From Mytilus trossulus (lineage: Eukaryota), in NCBI RefSeq assembly GCF_036588685.1, contig NW_026963290.1, positions 744,001 to 808,000 of the forward strand: a stretch of 64,000 nt of DNA. Direction: 5' to 3'. Shown in pieces: positions 1 through 14,060 of this stretch. The notes under the pieces were generated by a model. The model had not been told where the DNA came from. It saw only the letters and a list, made by a program, of their open reading frames with translations, and made no database searches. Position numbers and translations under genes: made by a program. The stretch's first letter is position 1. The number at the start of each line of letters is the position of its first letter.

Positions 1-281
1 CTGACTTTAACCGCATATTTCTATGTATTCCTATTTACCGGGACGTCTGTGGCTAATAAGACTAAGTTCTTCATATATAGTTATCACAAGCGGGTGAACT
101 CTTAGGATGCAAGTTAGAATCTCAATGCTTTAATGAAAAAAACTTTGATCGATTTATGTAGTTAAAATTATTCATGTATGATTAACCACCCCTACCTCTC
201 CTTACACACAGATATCCCAAACTATTACATAAATTAATAAATTATAATTTCCTTTATAGTGCAATGAATGTTTTCACGTAC

Positions 282-3200
282 TTGCAGAGTTTTCTGTATA
301 TTGATGTCTTCTATTCATAACTTTTAAATTTTTGACTGCTTTTACATATTTGTTGGTTGTTCTTTTGGCTCTCCGGTTTAATTTGGCTCTGTCGCAATCA
401 TTCTGAAAATGTGAAAGGCAAAGTGGAATCTTTTCTAAAAGATAATGATGAAACGTTGATAATGTGAAATTAGACTGTGGTTTATATTACCAAGTGCAAA
501 AGTCTAGTTTTAAAGGTTGGTCAATTAAATTTAAATAAGGGTTTGGGCTGTACCTAAGCAATATACAATAACGCATACAAATCATGGATATCCCTTCAAG
601 TAATAAATAAATGTTGACAAGTGTTATTCATTTTCAAATTAAAAAGACAGTTGTGAATGTAAACCCATAGAACATAGCGTAATACATTGGTCTGTATTCC
701 TCAAATTGAATCTACATATAATTAACTACTTAAAAACCTGCAAAACAGCTGATAGACATTTGATAAAAAAGCTTACAGAGCAAAGAAATGAATTTTCAAT
801 CCATATAAAGTTACGATAGAGTTTTGTTGGAAAGAATATAATTTATTTGTGACGTAGGTTTTTTTTCGGTGGTAATGAACTGGGATCAAGGATTCTTGCG
901 ATCAGAAAACTTTTGAAGTACTATTCTCGACTCAAACAAATAAAAGACTTCAACAAATTAAATAGCAATACTGTATTTGGTGTCTCTAGTAAAAGTTTAG
1001 TATTCTGAGTACTGAGTCAAATTTGTGTATGCCTGTATAAGCATTGGGGTATGGCTGAAATTTGAGACTATTTTGCAATCTAGCTGTTGATTCCTTTGAA
1101 TTACTAATTGGAAATTACCTGTGGCAATGTGCACATTGAAGAATTGTCAGCCTTGTTGCATATCATTACATCGCATTCCACAGTAATATCAGCATCATCG
1201 ACAAAATGGAACCCAAACAGTTCAGCAAATATTATTTTGTCATTTATTTTTTCGAAACCATGCATTAAGTGGTACTTTCTGGCAACATCAGATACACACC
1301 TTAAACAAACAAAAAGCGCATAATTTATCTGGCATAATTTCGACGGGAATGAACATTTCTTGTAATAATTAAACAAACTATATGTTATCGTATCTCTCTA
1401 TAAAGATATGCAAATCTTCAGACGTGAAGATGATTGTAGGTTGACAAGCCTTTATACATGTAGAAGTAGACAAGTTCGTGATTGCAAATGGAAATACCAA
1501 ATAATGAAATATACATCTATGGAAATACTTACATGAGGCACCAACTTGAAAAATATTCCAGTAAAGGATAACAGAAACTACCAAAAACTATTGATACTTG
1601 TTCTGTATTTGGAGTAATCTAAATTCGGGCAAAACAAATGTTAGCATGCTTTGTTAAGCATCGTTCATTTCCAAAGAAACTGTAATGAGTTTAGTGACAT
1701 ACTAATGTGATGATTGTATGGAAATGAAACAGATTGAGGAGGATGAAATAGAAAGATATCCCTGTATTACCTATTATAAGACCATAATGATACGTTTGGT
1801 TTAGCACTGTTCGTAACTGCTACGCCACCATCATATGCAGAACAACTTTGTGGAACAATTTTGTAATCTGAAATTGAATGTTATATTAAATTTTTGTACA
1901 CATTTTAGTTTGAACATTTTATTTAATAAAGAAAAGCCTATGTAATATGAGTGCTAATGAGACAACACTCTATCCATGTCACAATGTATAAATAGTTAAC
2001 AATTATAGGTCAGAGATAATTTTGCTTTTATTACATTCCAACTTACAAACAAAAAATATTATTCTAAATGACTTCAAAAATTCGATCTGACTTATTATTG
2101 TTTGTTTTAGAAATCTAATGGTCGCTATTATCAGGTTACCTTAACTCTTTTTGTGTGATTTTTAATGTTACTAACTAAATTGTTTTGCACATTCGCCATA
2201 TGTTCATCGGATCGCTTTGCATAACATGTTTTTAACTGTGCATATCTATGTTTAGATTTATACACAACTTTTCTGAACCCTTGCCAGTTATTAGGCTTCT
2301 TGTCGAAGGCTGTACCTTGACCTATAACGGTTTACTTTTATAAATTGCTATTTGGATGGAGAGTTGTCTCATTGGCACTCATACCACATCTTCCTTTATC
2401 TTTAAACATATTATATAGGTTATGTATATAAATATGAACATTTTTGTATAATTTTGGAGACGTACTAGTACGTTGACCTTTGAAGTTCTTTAGTTCTTGT
2501 ACTTTCATTGCTGTCTTTTTTGACAAAAGTCGGATGGAAAATACCAAACGAATACTCAAACTCAGAATTCAGAAACAAAATGACATCGCTTTGGCGAAAT
2601 AAACGAAAAACGATGAATAGACGATTTCTCGTAATGGTTAACGAATGTATCTCTTGCGCCCGGATACAGCAAACTTTGATGTAGGAATGTAAAAATAAAT
2701 AACAATCAATAGCAAAAACTGCAACGAGAAATCAAAACTCAACAGAATTTGTTCTCATTCAAGTTTTGAAATTAAAAAAAAACACAATCCGAATAAAAAT
2801 ATATGTATCTTATGCTTCAGGTTTTTTTTAATATTACGACGACAATTTACTACACCAAGACATGAATAAAGAAACATCTATAATTAATTGCAAATAATCC
2901 TTAATAAGTTTAAATATATCGGACAATAAGCATTATGTTTTCATAGCTGTTATGATTTTATTTTTTAGCAGGGCTTATCAATATATCAATATCTCTGCGT
3001 ATTCGATGTTAAACAGACCTTCTTTTTTTTTTATATCATTCCAGAATTCAAATTTTCAATCATTCATTTTTGAATACGAAGGTTAAGCTTGTTTCTCATA
3101 GTTGCTGACCAATAAATTATTCGGTTATTCACGGGGAAATAAAATAAGTAACGTACCTTGTTGCCCAATATATTTCAGAAACATAAAGAACTTGTCACCG

Positions 3201-6200
3201 AGAAACACAGTTGATACATTAGGTAAATATTTCAAGGCGTCTTCGGTTTCTGCTCTATAACTTTTAAACTGCATTTCCACTCTTCCTACAGAATTGAATA
3301 CCGGATTTAATGAAATAGTATCCCTGAAAAGACATTTTCGTATAATCATCAAGAAAGACAATTTGCTCTGCTTTTTTTTTAAAGTAAAAAGTTAAGTTCA
3401 TAATCGATAGCAAAATAGAAATTCAAATTAAATGAAACTTAAATGTTTGAGCTGAAATTTTGACATCCGAGGGATTCAAAGCAATAATTATAGAATTATC
3501 ATTTTTTTTTAAATGTTTTACTGACGCAAAAGGTTACCATTAAAGTACACTGTATTTGATGAAACTGTAATCTCAAATTATTCACATAAGTAAAGATAAT
3601 ATCCCTGAACTGACTAACGTTAAACAGTAAAAACTACTTGCCTATTTATCAATTGTCCTAATATATTATGAATTACTCCGTTTTTATATTGTTGGCATGT
3701 CAGCATATAAGTTTGAATCGTATTTTTAACTGCTCGCTTTTTTCTGAATTTTGATATTGTTATTGTTGTTGGATTATTTGTTGATGTTGTCGTTATTGTT
3801 GAAGGTGTTGTTGTTGTTGTTGTTGTTGTTAAAGGTGTTGGTTTTGTTGTTGTCGTAGTTTTCATTGTTGTTGTAGGTTGTGTTGTTGTATGTTTATGTG
3901 GTGGTGTAGAAGTTTGGGTTGTTATAGATTTGGGTGTTGTTTTTGCTGTTGAAGGTGAAGTAGGTTGGGTTGTTGAAGGTGTTGTTGTCGTTGGTTGCGT
4001 TGTTGGCATTGATGTTGTTGCTATCGTTGTTTTCGTTGATGTCGTTCTAGGATGGATTGATAATGTTGACGCTTTCGCAGTTAAAGATGTCGTTGTTGTT
4101 GACGTTGAAGTACGCATTGTTAGTAAGGTTGTTGACAATGGAATAGATGTCGTTGTTGTTGGCGTTGTAGTACGCATTGTTAGTAAGGTTGTTGACAATG
4201 GAATAGACGTCGTTGTTGGTAGTGAATTTGTCGATGAAGTAAACATAGTCGAAGTAGACGATGAAACTAATGTATCTCGTGTTGACAGTGACATTACTGA
4301 TGAAATAGACGTATTTTGTTTTGACAATACAGGAGACAAAATGGATGATATTGATGTTTGACTTGATGATTCAGTAGACGAAACACTGTTATCTTCTAAA
4401 ATTCCCACAACTACGACCTCAGGTCGCTAATAAATAAATCAAATGAATAATAATTAGTTATATATTTACTATCATAATTTTAAAAACAAAATAGGTTTTT
4501 AAAAAATGCATTGGGTGCACGATTTTGAATGCAATCGTATATACTAGGATTCCGTTAAATTGCACGTGTGTATTATAACGAAGATGAATTGTTTGATTTG
4601 GTTGATCCGTATTGAATATCTGTATCTCTGGTGACCACGTAGATGTCTGTTGTAGAAGTCACAATTCTGTCTTTTTTTCCTCGATTTGTAACGAGGCTCA
4701 TATCTTAATAATTTTCTCGTACTGTCCTAAATCAGTTTTAGTTATTCGTTGTTTTTCTGTGGTTAACGTGTCGAAATGTACTACTTACTATTTATTTACA
4801 TATTTCTCTGTTCTCAGGTTCAATCCACCATTTTTCTTAAAATGTCCTATACCAAGTCAGGAATATGGCAGTTGTTATCTAATAGCTCGTTTCTTTCTAT
4901 GTATGCATTGTTTTTTTAGGTGTTTTTTTGTTGCACTTCAGTGTTCTATTGTTTGATGTTTTTCCTCTTATAAGTTTACATTTATTTGATTTCTATTTAT
5001 AGATATTGAAATTCCAATTTGTACTTAAAGAATTCTGGATTCCACTGAATTCCGATTTTGAATGTCAAAAATCATGTAAAATTTCCCATAAATTTATTAT
5101 TGTGTGTAGGGCTAGTAATAATATAGAAAGAACAGTTTTCTACTGTCAAGAAAAGTAGAGACAATCTTGCATTTTCAAATTTCAAAATCCAATAGATTTT
5201 CAAAAGTTCCTGGTTATGACTCTGCGAATAAAACAAACAGGAGGAACTGACTTTAAAATATTTGTTTTTAAATTAACATGCACTTTTAAGCACACAACAG
5301 GTAGCACAGTACTATTTTTGTCATTTCAATTATCTGGAGAAAAGATTAAGTCAAAATCGGACCATGATAGTTATGTGCAAAATAAAAGTGTTAAATTAGA
5401 GAACATTGGTTGTCCTTTAAAAAATCCTAAAGGCATTGACATATACAGTTGGCAATGGTGTTGATTTATAATTAATACAATCTTGTCTTTTTGTTTGATC
5501 TTTAGCAGGAAAAATATAAGACTGATTTGTCTTTTATGTCTTTGCTATATTTGATCGTTTAATACTTTATAAAATTTCTTATTGGTATTAATAATTTTGG
5601 GTTGACCAAACTTCAAGGGAATAGGCATTTCGAAGAGGTTGAAGAAAGACTTTTGAAATAAGGTGTTCATCGTCTTCTTTATAACTGCAAGGTTTATCAA
5701 AGGAAAAGTGGAAAGCTATCAATAATATTTCTTTTCTCATAGTGACCTGTAATGGAATACGACTCAGTATCGTTTTATTCCTAGTTTTTAGTTTATTTTA
5801 GTTTCCTGTACTTGAGATAAAGGATACCACGTAAACAGCTAGATTGTTTACTGAATTCATAATTTAAACAACAACTGAATATAGAACGTGATTATTTGTT
5901 GACAAGTGGAATTTACGAACAAAAGATGTCTTTATTTTTGCTTTGTTGACCTTTTAAAATTTACAAAGCAACATTCCTGCAGCTTCTACCTACATTTCTC
6001 TGTCGATTCTATACTTCTTGTCGTGAATTTGCTAGAAAACAATGTTGCCTACAAGAACACTACTGGAATATGCATCTAAGTCGTATAGCTGATGTGATTT
6101 TTCCGAAGGAAGAAGTAACCTTACGATTTCCTGGTGATTATGCATTATATGTATCACAGACGCCACTGGTGTTCCATTTGTAGTTGCATCAAAACTTATC

Positions 6201-9200
6201 CGTTTTATGACTTATCATCGAATGAAAAATCACTACTACTAATTATGAGAAACACTAGGTTGCAACTAACAGTATATACTGTCCTAAGAAGTTTACCCGT
6301 ATTTTAAGTATGTTTTTTTTTATTGTAATTGTGTTTCATTTTAAGGTGGTATGGGTATTTATCGCCATCTTGGATTGTAAAAAACAGAGAATCTAAGGTC
6401 AAGATGTTCAATGAAGTTAGCAAAATTTGATGCAAACTGGTATTTAAAGGGGAGGTAATTCTTAAATAGTGCATTTTCTCAAAGAGTGTACATGTATTTT
6501 TTATATTTTGTATATAAGCAGGAAAAAAACGCATGATTATCCCATCTTTTCTTTTGATATTCTCAAAATATTTTTTAAAAGTTATCTATATTTTTTTTTA
6601 CAATTCTATTATTTCATTTAGCTTCTAATCACATAATGATATTTTTCTTGTATAATTATTTGTCAGGTACCAGGATTATATCTAATACGCCAGGCGCGCG
6701 TTTTGTCTACATCAGACTCATCAGTGATGCTCAGATCAAAATAGTTATGAAGTCAAACAAGTACAAAGTTGAAGAGCATTGAGGACTACTGTCCCGAAAT
6801 TCCAAAAATTTGTGCCAAAACAAACTGTCACAATGGGCGGTGACCTATTGTGACAGGTTTTTGACGGTTCTGTTATCCATTCGTTCGATGGTTTTTAATC
6901 ATTTGAATTTGCCATTTGTTTAGGGACTTTACGTTTTGAATTTTCCTCGGAGATCAGTATTTTTGTGATTTTACATTTACTGTTTGCTGTTTAGATATTC
7001 TCGATATCGATAATTTGTCAATTTTCTAATGCATTGGGATACGATTGTCATTGTATGATGCATGACCAACTATTATGATTTGGAAATAATGCTTAGAGTT
7101 GTCACATTGGCACTCACACCACATCTTCCTATATCTATAAACATAATGTGTCATAATCGAATTAAGATTGACACTGAATGTGTATTCTCCCTAATCAACA
7201 CGACGGGGTGCCATATGTGTTTTTACCTTCGATACACCGAAGATAACCTTAGTTTTGATGAGGCTTATTTTTCCTCAGTCTTTAATTTTCTATGTAATGT
7301 TTTATGGAACTTGATTGTCATTTATTTTTTTACCATGACATGTTTGTTTGGTTTTTTTTATACTTGCTATCTCCGTTGATATCTTCTATCAAAGGATTTT
7401 AAATCTTCCGGCAAATTAATTCACAATTAAATGACAGTAATTCCTGTACCAAGTCCGGTATATGACAGTCGTTATCCAATCGTTTGAAGTTTTTGAGCTT
7501 TTAATTTTACCATTTGCTTAGGCCCTTTCCTTTCAGAATTTTCCTCTGAGTTCGATATTTTTGTTATTTTACTTTTCACCGCTGTTCAAATCCCATAAAA
7601 CTTTGAAAATGATATGAATCAATTTTAATAAAAACACAAAAAATTTAGGAGAATCGAATGAACACCAAAAAGTGCGATACCGGGTGAGTCGACGACAAAT
7701 GCGTCTACTACTATGCATGCATCACCTGCCGTGCGAATCCACTATCAGGAATATGACACCATCTTAGGAAAGGGAGCAGATACTTGCTTAGATACCCTTG
7801 TTAGAGATACATGTGATTATTACCATGATAGAACTTCTTTTCTAATTCTATAACCCATTATTTATGATGATGATATCGGTATCATTCATTGCTCAACCAT
7901 ATTTCAGATCAACATATAACCCAGAGAACTGATAGTTTAGTATTGGCATGTATGTGGTACTGTTATAAATGATGTGCAATGGAACATGTCTATTTAAGAA
8001 GATACTTGTGTGTGTGTAAACATTTCAACAGTTTAAAAACAATACGCTGATAGTTAAAAACTAAACTAGAAAGAGGCATTATACTTTTAATTTCAAATTT
8101 CAAATTAGCTGTTTCAATGTCATTAATGATTTTGTAAACCAATCAATTATTTAATAAGTTGCTTACCATTTCTTGAAAATCATTTGTACAACTTCTATTA
8201 ATAACTACATGACCATATTGATCTGCTGTAAAAGTGCAATTTGGCAAGACTAACGATCCATTTTTATACGATACTTCTATGATTGTAACTTGTGAATTTT
8301 GTAGTAATCCTAGTAATGTAATGTCTCCGTTTTCGTTGCATTCTTGAAATAAAATTAAATAGAATGAAAGGTTATACATTTTTTTAAAGGAGAGGACGAT
8401 ACTAATGAAAAAATAAAAAAAATAACACACATACCAAAAAAAAAGCATCTTAAATTTAACGAATATATTACTACAAACAACACTCAGGACAACACTACAA
8501 AAACTATCAAGATGTAGATGATGTCGTAATCGGATAAATGAGGACGGTATTGTGTCCACGAAATCTAGGCCCATTGTAGTCGATATTTTAGACAGATCAT
8601 TCAATTCATTTTATCCAAACAATATAACACCGTTGTTTTGAAAACTTCCTTGTACGTAGCGACCCGCTATCAGGGAAAAGTAAGAATAGATTTCAAATAT
8701 TGTATCAACTTAGAGATATACTAGCATACTTTATATGCCCAGCTGGAATTTGACTACAGATAGAAATTTCACTACTGAAAACAAAAACAAAAATGATCTT
8801 TTTTGTAGTAGAGTATAGTATCATTAATGTTATTCTTAATAGTAAATTATTTATAAATTATTCAGTGACAGGACACTATCTATCAAAGAGAGGCACGCAA
8901 AATATACTAAACGGCTATTCAAATTAAACGATGACAAACTGACATCTTGGTAAAAACAACGAAAACCGAACGAAAGGCATATGAAAGTCTACAAAACACA
9001 ACAAAAGATTAAACAACGCGTACCTCAACAATAACCACTAGACATCAGGTGTTTTGGAAGGGTATGCAAATTATCATTCACATTTGTCGGCAGAATTAAA
9101 ACTGTATATCATCCATTTTAAGTTATCACAGGAAGCTTCGGGCTCAATCCATATTAAATTTTACTGATCCTATATATGTCATATAAGCTTAATAGCATAC

Positions 9201-10287
9201 TATGTACCTAGTGGTAATGTTACAAAAGAGACTTTTTGTCGAAATGCGAATTGGTATCGGTTATGCTAATACTAACACTGGGTTGATACCTCTTCTGAAG
9301 GACTATTAGTCTTAAGGGGTCTCCCATTACCAGATAAATCCAGTACTGGCATGAAGCTACGGATATTTTTTGTTTGAAATTTGTTTTTGTAAAAAAAAAT
9401 CAATTATTTATTTATTATGGAATGTGTCTTCCTCAAGCAAGCCTCTGATTCCCTGTCCAAAATTTACCTATGTTATGCCCTTTTGTTTTGGTTTTAAACA
9501 GTCTTCAACGTTTATGATAGATTTTGGAAATTCCATTATATTGGCCTCGATCATCACTGAAGAAACAATTTATCAACGACTTCGGATCTGGTGCATTAAA
9601 ATTGGAACTGTTTATTTTTATTTCCTGTCGGTTCATCGGACAGCCCCCCCCCCCTCCCCCCCCCCACCCCGAAACCCTACACAATTTCACTAGACCAGTT
9701 TATTTGACAGTTTATGTACTCAAAGTCTATGAGATAAACATTAGTGTTTTCACGGGAAATCCTATCTCTAATGAAACATTATCAAACATGGGGCTGAGTG
9801 TCCTTGGATCATTAATAAAACATGATTCCAATTTGAAAATCAATTATTCTAGCTATTTTGTCTTTTGTATTTTAAATGTACACATACCGTAGCTGTACTG
9901 TTGAGATTCTTCTTTCGTGAAAACCACAAGACCCTAAAATTGGTAAAAAAAATATTTTAAGGTTTCTTTTCAAACTTTTATGGTCAAAAATCCTATGATA
10001 GCAATTGTATACCGACAGAATAATGGTTACTGGAGAATTTTATACAAAGCATCATACTTATATAGAATTACTAAATATATTAAACAGAAATGAAGAATAC
10101 ATTGTATTCAACCAGTTGTATCATTGCATATGTAAAAAATATTTCGAATGAATAAAATATAATCGTATTAAAAAGTAATATCACCAGTCACAACACCAAT
10201 TCAAATAAACACATATAAATACTAACTTACTAAACAAGTTATTAATATAAAGTTCCTATAGATCCAGTCAAATGCACATTTTTCCAT
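282..10287 (-). CDS. ZP-domain-like secreted/membrane protein with Thr/Ser-rich mucin insert (multi-exon, 3' end outside window)
   Basis: Phase-consistent exons 10287-10231, 9933-9888, 8342-8167, 4426-3642, 3323-3157, 1867-1771, 1299-1119, 402-282 give about 543 aa with no stop. Order: hydrophobic N-terminus (MEKCAFDWIYRNFILITCLGLVVFT), Cys-bearing ZP-N-like part, mucin tract, ZP-C-like motifs (YKIVPQSCSA; LFGFHFVDDADITVECDVMIC..C), then furin-type RRAKR. The domain call is by motif recognition, not an HMM. Confidence 0.8.
6665..6818 (-). repeat. degenerate family-1 hammerhead/retrozyme fragment
   Basis: Reverse-complement similarity to 17140-17290. Core at 6687-6730 is mutated (GAAA->AAAA, GUC->GCC). 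Confidence 0.7.
9215..9615 (+). repeat. old, degenerate family-2 hammerhead repeat unit
   Basis: Two decayed cores (aagagac..gtcgaaatgcg at ~9225; tcactgaaga..atctggtgca at ~9555) about 330 nt apart. Confidence 0.5.
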
Positions 10288-10811
10288 AATCTGTTAAAAC
10301 AATTCTGTAATTGATAACTATTTAACATTAATGTATTGTTTTAGAATATAGTTTTTTCTACTAGTATGTAATACAAGTTAAATAATGTCTCACAATATAA
10401 AAGTATTGAAATAATAAGTGTTTATAAGACAATTGAGAGCTACAGATTACAGTGACCAATCTACTGATAGTAATGTTGTTCAAATATTTTGTTTTGGTAC
10501 CTTTCTTTCAAAAAAAAGGTTTACTGAACAGTTAATTTACAAATACGACATTTCAATGACAATTCATGTCAGCATATGGGTGCTTAGTGTTCAGTTCATG
10601 ATACCCTTGTGGACAAAACGTTCAACAGAATTTGTATAGACCAAATATTGTAATAACTCGTAACAGATACTAGGTTTATAATTTAGTACAGTAGACTGGT
10701 GCTAATCACACAAGGTTGCTTTTCAGTAGTACCTAGATTAAAAACAGTTGGAAAACCAAATTAATAACAAAGGCCATTGAAAACTAAAAGGTTCCTGGTT
10801 CCAACTTTTGC

Positions 10812-12069
10812 AAACTAGAGGCTCACCTTGGTCTATGTGATTATTAAACAAAGGACGCAGATAGATTCATGACAAAATTGTGTTTTGGTGATGGTGATGT
10901 GTTTGTACATCTTACTTTACTGAACAGTCTTGCTGCTTACAATTATCTCTATCTATAATGAACTTGGCCCAGTTTTCAGTGGAAAATGTTAGTAAAAATT
11001 TACAAATTTTATGAAAATTGTTAAAAATTGACTTTGAAGGACAATAACTCCTTAGGGGTTAATTGACCAATTGGGTCATGTTGACTTATTTTAAGGTCTT
11101 ACTTTGTTGTACATTATTGCTGTTTACAGTTTATCTCTATCAATAATAATATTCAAAATAATAACAAAAAACGGCAAAATTACCAATTCAGGGGCAGCAA
11201 CCTAACAACGGGTTGTCCGATCCATCTGAAAATTTCAGGGCAGATGGGTCTTTACCTGATTAACAATTTAACTCTGTCAGATTTGCTCTAAATGCATTTG
11301 TTTTTGAGTTATAAGCCAAAAACTGCATTTCACCCTTATGTTCAATTTTTGCCGTGGCGGCCATCTTGGTTGGTTGGCCAGGTCACGCCACATATTTTAT
11401 AAACAAGATACCCCACAGATGATTGTGGCCAAGTTTGGTTAAATTTGGCCCAGTTGTTTCAGAGGAGAAGATTTTTGTAAAAGATAACTAAGATTTACGA
11501 AAAATGGTTAAAAATTGACTATAAAGGGCAATAACTCCTAAAGGGATCAACTGACCATTTCGGTCATGTTGACTTATTTGTAAATCTTTTTTTGCTGAAC
11601 ATTATTGCTATTTACAGTTTATCTCTATCTATAAAAATATTCAAGATAATAACCAAAAACAGCAAAATTTCCTTAAAATTACCAATTCAGGGGCAGCAAC
11701 CAAACAACGGGTTGTCTGATTCATCTGAAAATTTCAGGGTAGATAGATCTTTACCTGATTAACAATTTTACCTATGTAAGATTTGCTCTCATTGCATTGG
11801 TTTCTGAGTTATAAGCCAAAAACTGCATTTTACCCCTATGTTCTATTTTTAGCCATGGCAGCCAGCTGTGTAGGTTGACCGGGTCAAACCACACATTTTT
11901 TCAACTAGATACCCCAAGGATGATTGTGGCCAAGTTTGGTTAAATTTGGCCCAGTAGTTTCAGAGGAGAAGATTTTTGTAAAAGCTAACGACGGACGACG
12001 GACGATTGACGACGGACGCCAAGTGATGAGAAAAGCTCACTTGGCCCTTTGGGCCAGGTGAGCTAAAAA
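10812..12069 (-). mobile_element. non-autonomous Helentron/HINE-type element with ~490-500 bp internal tandem repeats
   Basis: Minus-strand start TTTTAGCTCACCTGGCCCAAAGGGCCAAGTGAGC (hairpin), GAC-type microsatellite, two long internal repeats, subterminal GGTGAGC at the far end. Confidence 0.75.
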
Positions 12070-12664
12070 GTTAAAGATGTTAAAAAAACATAATATTTAG
12101 AAAAGTATCAAAGTTTTATTGACTCTGGATTTATGAGAAATGACATAATCAAATATTTCCTTATCAGCAAAAGAGCATTAACAATAGAGTTGGTGATACC
12201 CTCAATGATGAAAGTTAACACAGTCGTGTACCAAGTCAGGAATATGACAGTTGTTGTCCATTCGTTTGATGTGTTTGAGCTTTTGATTTTGACAGTTAAT
12301 AAGGGATTTTTCGTTTTGAATTTTCTCAGAGTTTTGTTTTGTGATTTTACTTTGTTTTCGAACCGGTTGTATAAAATGCAAAACAGTAGTAAACCGCTGT
12401 TCAAAAGTCATAAATCTATAATATTACGAGAATACAAATCCGGGTTACAAATTAAAACCCAGTGAAACACACCAACTGTAAAAACTCTTTATCGATACCA
12501 AGCTGTCAACTGAATGCGTCATACGCGCGTTTCGAATCTTTTCTCGTGTTCTGAAACTTTTTGTTTGGGTACTATCACTCATCACATATTACTGATTCAA
12601 AAATCCTATCATAGAATTTTTTTATTTTAAGAAAAAAGAATAAATTTTACGAAAAGAAACTTAC

Positions 12665-12730
12665 CTTTGGTTATTATCCATAACAACATACCAGGTCAAT
12701 TGATAAAGTCTTCGTTATCTGTTTACATTA
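12665..12730 (-). other. possible 5'-UTR exon of the ZP-like gene
   Basis: Strong minus-strand donor AAG|GTAAGT at 12664, and the ATG exon has an acceptor (ttttaacag) 3 nt before the ATG. The upstream boundary is a guess. Confidence 0.35.
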
Positions 12731-13242
12731 AACATTGTGTATTTGTGTATACGTATTCTATTAATTTTGGTTATGAACGTTTAATTCAAATGTTTTTTAT
12801 TATTTCTTTATCTTCCTTCTTCTACCTCAGAACCTCCCTACCTATTGTGTACACATTATTGTTATGCCTTCTTATTAGTTTCGTCATTAGAAACTAAACC
12901 CATCGATAATGTAGCAATGATGTTCGAAATTTCAAATGACATTTTTAGGTTATATTCGATGTAATCTATAAGTTATATTTATTAATATACAAAATGCAAA
13001 AAAATAATAGATTCGAAGTACACAAGTTCTGAAAGTCCTTATTAGATCAAAAATAATCATATCATGTCAAGCAGTATGCTCACTATAACATGGCCAAGCA
13101 GTATGTGTGTCAATATTTTATACCTTGCTAATGCTTGGTCTAAAAATTATAAACAAATATAATGCCTACCTATTTTTTAATGAGAAAGGAGCAGGATATG
13201 AAAATAATAAAATTGTATAAATAAAAGTTGTTTCCCCAAACT

Positions 13243-14060
13243 TATTCGGTATGCAAGAGCTTGCAGCTCCTATTCTGGCTTTGTTAAACGTCATCCGTGT
13301 CTGAGCAGAAAGTTGATGAACCAGGGTATGACAAAGAAAGTATCGTTCTGTTTTCTTAAGAAGAGTTCGTCGAAAGGTACCAAGACCTTGTTAATAAACA
13401 TTCCGAATCAACTTCACAAATTATACACGATGGTCTTGAAGCAACGATCCTGGGTACTGTTTTATCATCTTAATAACGTGTTATAGTATTTTTTTATTTG
13501 ACTTTATGAATATTACTTTTACTGTTTAGTTTGTTTTTGGAGAAATTCATTTGAAGTGGCTCTGAACTTATCCATCCCGTCATTGTCCTTCAATTTTCTT
13601 TTTAACATATGACGTGGCTCTGTACTTAAAAATCCCATCATTGTGTTAATGTGCCTGGATATTTTTTTTTTAATTTTGTTCATTTTTACTTATGTGCTTG
13701 TCTATTTTACTTTATATGCTTTTTTTCTTTTTTTTTTATAGTGATTAAGATCATAACACAGTTTTGACTGTTGTATATCTTATTTTGCCATTTCACCTAG
13801 TATGTCTGTTTTTGTTGACACATCGTTGTCAGATTAATGGAATTGTACACAACAGTCATACAAGTGAAAGATTTAGTGAACTATATAACCAGGATTAATC
13901 CGTCATGTTCTACATAAGAAAATGTCTGTTCCAAGTCAGGTATATCATAGTTGTTGTCCATTCATTTTAGGTGTTTGGGCTTTTAATTTTGTCATTTGAT
14001 TGGGTACTTTTCGTTTTGAATTTTGCTGGGATTTCATTATTGAAGAGATTTTACTTTTTA
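13243..14060 (+). mobile_element. Penelope-like retroelement 3' fragment (RT C-terminus plus 3' region, 'family B' end)
   Basis: Frameshifted translation QLIRYARACSSYS.FVKRH.CLSRKLMNQG..FVERYQDLV.K is typical of PLE RT C-termini. It is followed by the repeat ending ...ATTTTACTTTT that recurs across the window. Confidence 0.65.

Noticed and set aside
1378-1679. extra exon of the ZP-like gene
   Set aside because: All three frames from the acceptor at 1680 hit stops; exon 1771 splices in phase directly to 1299.
3930-4361. 143-aa Val-rich plus-strand ORF
   Set aside because: Antisense shadow of the Thr-rich (ACA) mucin exon.
6822-6862. hairpin CTGTCACAAT..ATTGTGACAG as a fourth P footprint
   Set aside because: No flanking direct repeat found.
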